Assembly: GCA_003514005.1 (NCBI GenBank)
Contig: DOSJ01000004.1
Coordinates: 37,533 to 101,532 of the forward strand
DNA from: Candidatus Falkowbacteria bacterium
Lineage (GTDB): Bacteria; Patescibacteriota; Patescibacteriia; Patescibacteriales; UBA12075
Direction: 5' to 3'
DNA: 64,000 nucleotides
The translations under genes and the position numbers were made by a program. Within the stretch, counting starts at the first letter, position 1. The number at the start of each line of letters is the position of its first letter. The notes below the pieces were generated by a model that saw only the letters and a list, made by a program, of their open reading frames with translations, searched no databases and had not been told where the DNA came from. Positions 56,649 through 64,000 of the stretch are shown here, in pieces.

Positions 56649-57362
56649 ATGAATAACCAAAAAATAAAAGTCTCAAAAAATGGTCCATATCTGGTGTCTG
56701 GAAAAATACCGCTTGCCAAGGAAATTGCAATTGGAAATGCTAATAATGGCCCGACAGATTGGGTGCGGGAGGAGGAAATGGAGGTTTTGGAAAATTATGC
56801 CTTGTGTCGTTGTGGTCATTCGCGCAACAAACCATTTTGTGATGGCACGCATCAAAAAATATATTTTGTTGCGTTGGATATTATTGACCAGCAACTATTT
56901 ACTGAGAAAGCTAGTAAAATAGTAGGACCAGAACTGGATCTGTATGATTATCAAAAACTCTGTTCTGGTGCTAGGTTTTGTCATCTGGGACAAAGCACCT
57001 GGAATGACGTGATCAATTCAAATAATCTAGAAGCCAAGCAAAATGCTATCCGGTCTGCCTGTAATTGTCCTTCGGGTCGTTTGGTAGTTGTAGATAAACA
57101 AACTGGAAAAATGATTGAACCAGATTATCAGCCAGTAATTGGTATTACCGAAGATCCGTTAGCCGGTGTTAGTGGGCCGCTAGCAGTGAAAGGTAATATT
57201 GAAATCGAAACTTCTGATGGTGAAAAATATGAAACCAGAAATCGTGTTACGCTTTGCCGTTGCGGACTATCAAAAAATATGCCTTTTTGTGATGCAAAAC
57301 ACTTGGGTTCGTCATTTAATGATGGGGATAAAAGTTTGAAACCCAAAAGAAATAACGAATAA
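56649..57362 (+). CDS. CDGSH iron-sulfur domain protein (two CDGSH domains flanking a divergent ferredoxin-like domain)
   Basis: LCRCGHSRNKPFCDGTH, C..ARFC...CPSGRL and LCRCGLSKNMPFCDAKH motifs. Confidence 0.9.
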   Translation: MNNQKIKVSKNGPYLVSGKIPLAKEIAIGNANNGPTDWVREEEMEVLENYALCRCGHSRNKPFCDGTHQKIYFVALDIIDQQLFTEKASKIVGPELDLYDYQKLCSGARFCHLGQSTWNDVINSNNLEAKQNAIRSACNCPSGRLVVVDKQTGKMIEPDYQPVIGITEDPLAGVSGPLAVKGNIEIETSDGEKYETRNRVTLCRCGLSKNMPFCDAKHLGSSFNDGDKSLKPKRNNE

Positions 57363-57569
57363 GAAGAATTAAATTAATTTAATTACTTTTTAATTAAAAA
57401 TTCATTACTTTGTGTTATATTAATAATGAAAGAGAAGAGGACGCAAATACGTCCTTTTAACTGACGTTTAGCGCCAGTATCTATTTCAAAAAAATAAAAA
57501 AAGACGTAGTTAAAACCATGGTAGGTCTACGTCAATTTTTAATTGCGGTTTGATTTTTTATGTATAAAA

Positions 57570-57815
57570 CTATATCAAATCTTTCTTCTTCTCTTCAAAC
57601 TCTTTTTTATCAATCTCGCCTTTTGCATAGCGCTCTTTCAGAATATTCAATGCTGAGTTATTTTTTTCTTGTGAATGATTGCACCATTTTCCACTATGCC
57701 CAGACGCCATGCGTACAAAAGTGACAATCGCAAAAATGATCATTCCCCAAAAGAGTATCATAAAAATCGGTCCCAAAAAACCGTAGTCAAAAGGCGAGTA
57801 TCCAAAGTTCATCAT
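57570..57815 (-). CDS. SHOCT-domain small membrane protein
   Basis: TM helix plus ALNILKERYAKGEIDKKEFEEKKKDL. Confidence 0.85.
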   Translation of the reverse strand: MMNFGYSPFDYGFLGPIFMILFWGMIIFAIVTFVRMASGHSGKWCNHSQEKNNSALNILKERYAKGEIDKKEFEEKKKDLI

Positions 57816-57971
57816 ATTATTATAATTATTTAATTAATTGGAATTGTTAATTTCCTCTACTATTTATAATAGCTTTTTAATATTAAGAATAGATTAATAC
57901 GATAATTGTATTAATCTTTATGCATGATGTATAATGATTGTATTATATAGATTAATAATTAAACTAATTTT

Positions 57972-58466
57972 ATGAAAAAAATATTCTTAACACTGATACT
58001 TTCAATATTAATCAGTGGTTGCAGTCACACTAGTATTGTAAATACAGAGCCGGCTTTAAATAATACTTCTTCAGCGCCGGCTATTCAGACAGATAATGTT
58101 TTGAATCTGAGCCAAAAAAATTTAACAAAAATCGATATGTCTGTTTTTGATAAAACTGATCTGGTAGAACTAGATATTTCCAATAACCAATTAATCGGCG
58201 CACTGCCCTCGCAAATCGGGAAGTTAAAAAATCTAAAAGTACTTAAAGCCGGTAATAATCAAATGACCGGAGTGCCCGCAGAAATCGGTCAATTGAACAA
58301 TCTGGAAATATTAGATTTATCTAATAATCAACTGACTGGTTTACCAAATGAATTGGCAAATCTTAAAAACCTGAAAACTTTGAACCTGTCCGGTAATCAG
58401 TACTCCGAACAAGATTTAAATATCATTCGTAATAGTTTGCCAAATGTTAATTATATTTTAAAATAA
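57972..58466 (+). CDS. Leucine-rich repeat lipoprotein
   Basis: Lipobox ISGC; LxxLxLSNNQLxG repeats. Confidence 0.9.
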   Translation: MKKIFLTLILSILISGCSHTSIVNTEPALNNTSSAPAIQTDNVLNLSQKNLTKIDMSVFDKTDLVELDISNNQLIGALPSQIGKLKNLKVLKAGNNQMTGVPAEIGQLNNLEILDLSNNQLTGLPNELANLKNLKTLNLSGNQYSEQDLNIIRNSLPNVNYILK

Positions 58467-58488
58467 ATAATAATTTTGACATATGCAC

Positions 58489-58638
58489 GACTTACGCATC
58501 CGTTGTTTAATTCGAAAAGTATTTGCTGATATTTTATAATTATTCGATTTGGGCGACTGCACCTTCCATACGCCCCATGAGAAGAATTATAAAATATCAG
58601 CAAATACGGTGGTTGCATAAAAATCAAACGCGTAAGTC
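58489..58638. repeat. Nested inverted repeat/hairpin element
   Basis: Outer GACTTACGC/GCGTAAGTC; 23-bp perfect inner stem 58519-58541 / 58585-58607; innermost GGGCG/CGCCC. Confidence 0.7.
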
Positions 58639-58743
58639 CTAATTTGCAAAAATAGAAAAAAATAAAATGTAAAGATAAATTAGAAAAATCCTGTTAATAA
58701 AAAAACTCCTCAAAAGAGGAGTTTTAAAAATTTGTAATATAAA

Positions 58744-59103
58744 TTATAAATATTTTTTTGCCAATTCAATAAAGTCGGTTTTATCCAAATCATTTTTGTT
58801 GATTATTTTTTCCGCACCCAGTTTTCTGACTTTGGCTATATTTTCTGCATCTTCAACAGCAGTAACAACGATTACCGGAATATTTTTGGTTCTTTCATTT
58901 TCTTTAAGCTCTTTGAGGGTTTCAAAGCCGTCTTTTGATGGCATTATCAGATCAAGAAATATTAAAATCGGTATTGCCACCTTTGCTTTTCCCAGCGCCT
59001 GGTTACCGTTTTCCGCTTCAATAATTTCTATGCCCTCAATTGTTCCAAGCTGGCTCTTGATTACTGTACGCGCAAAATTTTGATCATCTCCGATAAGAAT
59101 TTT
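58744..59103 (-). pseudogene. Stand-alone response-regulator receiver domain lacking a canonical start codon
   Basis: Frame extends upstream of the ORF call as KILIGDDQNFAR...EAENGNQAL...LIFLDLIMPSKDG...IPVIVVTA; TAA sits where the ATG is expected. Confidence 0.65.
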
Positions 59104-59390
59104 TTATAATTTTTTGATTATTTATAAATTATGTTTTAATTATAGCATATTTTTTAAATACAATCTATTTATTTTTCAAATATGATATTTTTAAATCATC
59201 TTAAGTAGCATGTTTTTGCTTGGCTTAGAAAAATAATTATATTAATGATACAATAATATTAACAGTTATGTTAATAATTAGGTATCACAAAATATGTATG
59301 AAAATCAACTAAACGAGTATATTAAAGAATTTGAAAATGAATTAAAAGTATTTTTACCAAAAAAATATTATCCAATCATTAATCAACTAT

Positions 59391-59962
59391 ATGAGCAACT
59401 TGGAAAAACAATTAAATAAAATAAAAAAGAGTTATTTTTCTTTTGCAGATTTGCGGAAAATATCATTGTTAGATGATGCAGGTTTAAGAGTTGCAATTAG
59501 TCGTCTAGTTAAAGCTGAAAAATTATATAAAATTTACAAAGGCTATTATTGTTTGGACAAATCAAGAGTAGACTTGTAAAAAATAGCATTAGAAATTTAT
59601 AAACCATGCTATTTGTCTTTTGAATGGGTGTTGGGAAGATATAATATTCTTAGTCAAAAATCATATGCTTTAACTTTGGCGACTACCAAACGCGCCTCCG
59701 CAAAAGAGGTTTGCGATACGGTCCTAAATTATCATCACATTCAGAAAAATTTATTTTTTGGTTATAATTTAAAAGATGGTTATTTGATTGCCGAACCGGA
59801 AAAAGCTTTTTTGATTTGGCTTATTTGTCATTAAATGGTTATGCCAATTTTGATATAGAAGAAATGAATCTTATATTGCTTGATAAAAAAAGGATTAAAT
59901 ATTTTTTAAAAAAGTTTAAAAATAAGAGATTGGATGGATTGATTGGAAAAGTATTAAAATAA
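59391..59962 (+). pseudogene. AbiEi-like antitoxin pseudogene
   Basis: LYKIYKGYY, YLSFEWVLGRYNILSQ and IAEPEKAF motifs; in-frame TAA at 59577-59579 and a frameshift near 59810, after which DLAYLSLNG...continues to TAA at 59960-59962. Confidence 0.75.
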
Positions 59963-60112
59963 TAATTTGAAATAGTACAAAAATACTCTTTGTAAATCCA
60001 TAATAAAACTGTCCCATGAAAGACAGTTTTATTTTTGGGTCGGCTAATCGAGAAAATTGGAAAACATTTTTATTGGATAATATTTACTCTATCGGGAAAA
60101 TAATTATATCGA

Positions 60113-60619
60113 TTATTTTATTTCACACACCATCTCGTATTCATCATAATATTTTCCATCACCTAATAACTGATCTTTATGAGTATCCAAAATGGTAAAA
60201 CCTAATTTTTTATACAATGAAATGGCGGCAAGTTGATCTACGTTAACCCTTAAAAATGCCTTAAGGGTTTTTCTGATTTTTAACTCTTCTCTTATTGATG
60301 ATAATAATTTATTTCCGATGCCTTTCCCTCTATTGTTTGGCTTTGTATAAATTGCAATTATATTCCATTCATTATTTTCTTCTTGAAAGGCGCCACCTAT
60401 AGCAACAAGCTTTTCGTCAATTTGAGCTGCGTAGTAAAACTTACTACTTTTGCTTGATTCAATATCTTTGAACTTTTTTTGCCAATCTTCATCGCTTCTT
60501 TTAAATTCGGTGTCATAAGAACTGCCAAAAGCACTCGGTTCATTTTTTAAAGCCTCAAGGCGAATTTCTTTATATAATTTCCAATCCGATTTTTTTAGTT
60601 TTTTTATTTTATAGTTCAT
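60113..60619 (-). CDS. GNAT family N-acetyltransferase
   Basis: IRLEAL..P.AFGSS, RGKGIG and AISLYKKLGF motifs. Confidence 0.9.
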   Translation of the reverse strand: MNYKIKKLKKSDWKLYKEIRLEALKNEPSAFGSSYDTEFKRSDEDWQKKFKDIESSKSSKFYYAAQIDEKLVAIGGAFQEENNEWNIIAIYTKPNNRGKGIGNKLLSSIREELKIRKTLKAFLRVNVDQLAAISLYKKLGFTILDTHKDQLLGDGKYYDEYEMVCEIK

Positions 60620-60773
60620 ATGATTGGTCTAATGTTGGTTTTCATTATTTCCTATTTTTTTTAAAGTTTATTGACTACAAGGAATTTGTGAATAAGATGG
60701 GCTATTTAAGATTTTCTAAAATATAGAGATTATATGACTAATGTTAGAGAAAGTCTGAAGGGAATATATGATT

Positions 60774-62123
60774 TTACTTTTTCTTAAATAATTCATTTAT
60801 TTTTTCAGTTGGATAATAAAAAACATTTCTGCCTTCTTTTTGCGCGGTTAAGAACCCATTGCCTTCTAGTTCCCTTAAGTCTTTTATAGCTGTCATTTTA
60901 GCAACTTGAAATATATTAATGTGCGTCTTCATGTTGGTCCGCTCATCTGGATCACCACAAAAATATTGTAAAACCTGTATTTGCCTTTCATTGAATTTGT
61001 ATTTAACTTTTACTTCCTTATTTATTTCTTTATTGTTTTTAGATTGTGTCTCGACATAGTTTTGAAAATCTACCATTGCTTGTTTGATTTTCTTGATATT
61101 ATAGTCAATAAAGTAGGTCAAATCATTATCGTCTTGTTCACTGTATACATAGGCCATTTTATATTGGACGGGGGATTTTTTTATAATTGCAGATATAGGT
61201 AGGTAGGCAAATGCCCAATAATCATGTTTTAGTAAGTACCAATAAAATAAAAGTCTAGCTAAACGACCATTACCATCAGTGAATGGGTGAAGAAATCCAA
61301 GCCAAAAATGAAGCATTATTGCCTTGATTACGGGATGAATAAAATGATCACCTTCAAGTCCATCGTTCGCAAATTTAAAAAAATTTTTCAATTCTTTTTT
61401 AACAAAACATATGTCAGGTGCTGTATGATAAATTTCTCCATTTGATCTATCTGCTACATAAATTAAGTCCTTTGCTGTCCTTAACATGGGAATTTTGCCA
61501 TCACCATCCACTGTATTTTTCGTAATCATCCCTTGAAGCTCTGATAACAGCTCCATGCCCATCTTTTTGTCTCTGTATTTTTCTTCTAATGCAAGCATCG
61601 TTTGGTAATTATTCATTATCATTTGCTCTGATTCATTTCTTGGCTTTCTTCCTTCTTTAATCATTTTTTTTGCAACCTGCCTGCTTGTGACAGCACCCTC
61701 AAGTTGAGAGGATGCAATTGCCTCTTCCATAATTCCTCTTGATATAAATTTTTGTTTATTCTTAATATCGCTTTCTTTTTTTGTGATCGCTAATTCCCCT
61801 CCCAGATTAAGATCAAGGTTATGAAAAAAAGCTTCATAACTTGGTAGTTTATGCCATTTGAAATTCTTGTCGCTTATGTCTTTAATATCAGTTGATAACG
61901 ATGAAGATTCGCGAATAAATTTAATTATCATCCATAAAATTTCTGGTTTAATATTTTTCGGCATTGGTTTTTTATATTGCACCTTGTCCCAATAAAGATA
62001 TTCTGGTTCATTTGATTTTTTAACAAAATCAAAAATTTCATCCTTTTTTTTATTAAGCAATGCCTCAGAGAATTCTTCTTTTTTTATTTTATTTAAATTT
62101 GGTTTTTTAAGTTTATAATGCAT
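60774..62123 (-). CDS. Fic family protein with C-terminal winged HTH
   Basis: HPFTDGNGRLAR Fic motif; EEAIASSQLEG inhibitory-helix-like motif; C-terminal TAIKDLRELE...GR HTH. Confidence 0.92.
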   Translation of the reverse strand: MHYKLKKPNLNKIKKEEFSEALLNKKKDEIFDFVKKSNEPEYLYWDKVQYKKPMPKNIKPEILWMIIKFIRESSSLSTDIKDISDKNFKWHKLPSYEAFFHNLDLNLGGELAITKKESDIKNKQKFISRGIMEEAIASSQLEGAVTSRQVAKKMIKEGRKPRNESEQMIMNNYQTMLALEEKYRDKKMGMELLSELQGMITKNTVDGDGKIPMLRTAKDLIYVADRSNGEIYHTAPDICFVKKELKNFFKFANDGLEGDHFIHPVIKAIMLHFWLGFLHPFTDGNGRLARLLFYWYLLKHDYWAFAYLPISAIIKKSPVQYKMAYVYSEQDDNDLTYFIDYNIKKIKQAMVDFQNYVETQSKNNKEINKEVKVKYKFNERQIQVLQYFCGDPDERTNMKTHINIFQVAKMTAIKDLRELEGNGFLTAQKEGRNVFYYPTEKINELFKKK

Positions 62124-62336
62124 ATTTTTAAATAGGTCTAATTATACCTTTACTATACCTATAGTATACCTATTTATACATATTGTCAATAGGTCTAATT
62201 ACATATTTATAACACAAAAACCCGCTATTTCGCGGGTTTTGTGTAAAGTTAAATTTAACTTCGAGTGGGTTGGCATTCGATAAAGTCGGAAAACTTTTTT
62301 GATGGATTTTATAGTGAGCCAAAATTTTTAATTGAT

Positions 62337-63116
62337 TCATGTTTTATTTATAACATCACCATATCTTTCAGATCGCTCCCAACATAACTTTAAAAAATCT
62401 TCAAACGAGTTCTTGCTTGTTAAATGTTTTTTATATAAATTTTCAAAATAAGGAATCAGTTTTTTACCACCGATTTTAATATCTTGAAATTCTTTATAAC
62501 CAGGCGAATATGCTTTAACCATTTTATGTATTTCTGGATGATGATTTGAAATAATGGGTGCTAATATTTCGCTCAGTTTCCAAACAAGATAAGGCGAGTC
62601 CATTTCTTTTCTTTTGGTATTTGGAAATACCTCTAACCATTTTTTAAAATGCAAGAAATGCATTATCTCATGCGTGGCAATTCTTCTCATGTATTCCGGT
62701 CTGTTATATTGGACGTTAAATGACCACTCGTCAAGAAAGCGAGGACAAATCGGATTTATTGAAACATACGCAATGATTATTTTTTTATTTTTTGGGTAAT
62801 TCGTTTCAAAATGCTTTGATAAAATTTTTAAATATTTTTCACCAAATTTATCCCACTCCTTTTGAAAATCAGCAACAGCGCCTTTAAGTTCTTTTTTATT
62901 TTCTTTAATAAACTTATTTGCATATTTACTACACTGATCAAAAAACTTATCTTTGTTTTTTATGCCAACTACTAGTTTTTTTAACTCTGGATGTTGTTTA
63001 TAAACTCTACCGCTCCAATCCCAGCCAGTTGGTCTTGGATGACAAAAACCATAAAGCATATTTGCTTCTCTTTCAAGCGTTGGAAGTTTGAATTTTATTT
63101 TTGGAATACACATCAT
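62337..63116 (-). CDS. Hypothetical protein with HExxH zinc-metallopeptidase-like motif
   Basis: ATHEIMHF motif with downstream LSE. Confidence 0.6.
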   Translation of the reverse strand: MMCIPKIKFKLPTLEREANMLYGFCHPRPTGWDWSGRVYKQHPELKKLVVGIKNKDKFFDQCSKYANKFIKENKKELKGAVADFQKEWDKFGEKYLKILSKHFETNYPKNKKIIIAYVSINPICPRFLDEWSFNVQYNRPEYMRRIATHEIMHFLHFKKWLEVFPNTKRKEMDSPYLVWKLSEILAPIISNHHPEIHKMVKAYSPGYKEFQDIKIGGKKLIPYFENLYKKHLTSKNSFEDFLKLCWERSERYGDVINKT

Positions 63117-63499
63117 AGTTTTAAAGAGTTAATTTTGTAATTTTATTTTATCATGAATTATATAAAACAAAAACAGTGTCCAAAAACACTGCTTTTGTAA
63201 GAATGGGTCAGGCACTGTCGGGTCTTATAACAGTGCTCGAGGATAAAGAATATATGGTTACTTTACGCGAAAAAATGAATAACATCAAGAAAGTTGCCAA
63301 GTTTTACAACTACGACCTCCTACTAGCCAAAAAATAAAACATTGTTGCCCCTTGTCTGCCCTTGTGGCGAGCTTTGCACCCCAGGTAGACCCTTGACACC
63401 TCCTGCGACCATAGCCCACCGGTTTGACGAAATTTGCGAGCCTAGAACAATTTGCTTAACTTCGGAAAAATTAAGCAAATTGCACCGAGTCATATTTGC

Positions 63500-63790
63500 T
63501 TAACCTTTTCGCTTTTTTGATTTAGAGACTTCCTTCCGATCTGCCTGAATATTTTTAACGATTTCCGCCTGCTCTGCTAGCCACTTATCATAGTCCGGTC
63601 CTGCAAAACTCGGTTCGCCGCCGGTGTCGATATACTTCTGGATATCCTCCATAGCGAATTTCCCCAGAGCATCGTAAAAGTTAAGCAAGTTAAATGCTTC
63701 ATCCGAGGCTTCCTGATCCGTCCATTCAACACCAAAATCTCTTTTGACCAATTCCTTTAACTCGTCGATTTTCTTTTTTGATGGAATCAT
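63500..63790 (-). CDS. Hypothetical protein
   Basis: 96-aa ORF with plausible composition, directly downstream of the 63795-63974 ORF. Confidence 0.55.
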   Translation of the reverse strand: MIPSKKKIDELKELVKRDFGVEWTDQEASDEAFNLLNFYDALGKFAMEDIQKYIDTGGEPSFAGPDYDKWLAEQAEIVKNIQADRKEVSKSKKRKG

Positions 63791-63794
63791 AAAA

Positions 63795-63974
63795 TTAAAG
63801 ACTTTCTTCGATTTCGACGGCGTCGTCCTCGTCTACACCCAAGTCCTCCATAATCTCTTGAACACGCTCGGCTGTGTCCTTATCAAGATCGTGGGTTTCC
63901 ATAAGCTCGGCGACTTCCTCGTCCGGAGTTTCTTCTATTGCGTCGTCTTTAGCTGAATTAATACTATCAGTCAT
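63795..63974 (-). CDS. Small highly acidic hypothetical protein (59 aa, below ORF-track cutoff)
   Basis: Manual translation MTDSINSAKDDAIEETPDEEVAELMETHDLDKDTAERVQEIMEDLGVDEDDAVEIEESL*; stop lies 4 nt before the next ATG. Confidence 0.65.
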   Translation of the reverse strand: MTDSINSAKDDAIEETPDEEVAELMETHDLDKDTAERVQEIMEDLGVDEDDAVEIEESL

Positions 63975-64000
63975 AAATCATTGATTCTTTAGTTTACAAT

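Overview
Bacterial chromosomal segment that looks like Candidate Phyla Radiation (Patescibacteria/Parcubacteria). This is inferred from giant surface proteins, few Shine-Dalgarno sites, AT-rich spacers full of heptamer repeats and an alpha2-type GlyRS. TGA is used as stop. About 2-40 kb is one co-oriented cell-surface locus. It holds a membrane-anchored HTH protein, two giant secreted proteins (2128 and 5230 aa) separated by a REP-flanked AbiE toxin-antitoxin cassette, a short MerR-type HTH, two small secreted subunits sharing a WxL/pilin-like C-terminal domain with the 5230-aa protein, three DUF916/chaperone-like membrane proteins, two FGE-sulfatase/C-type-lectin-fold paralogs, and a dockerin protein, Hsp20 and a membrane-anchored cohesin protein. 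The domain logic suggests a chaperone-assisted, cohesin-dockerin-anchored surface filament or adhesin system (inference). About 40-55.7 kb is mostly housekeeping: PIG-L deacetylase, GT4, comEC, tRNA-Pro, tRNA-Leu, argS, glyQS with a very compact T-box riboswitch, and glycerate kinase. About 55.9-64 kb is an accessory stretch with DedA, CDGSH, LRR, a decayed second AbiE locus, GNAT and Fic. Many small palindromic and heptamer repeat elements occur, some in-frame inside proteins. All family assignments come from motif recognition by eye; no searches were run.
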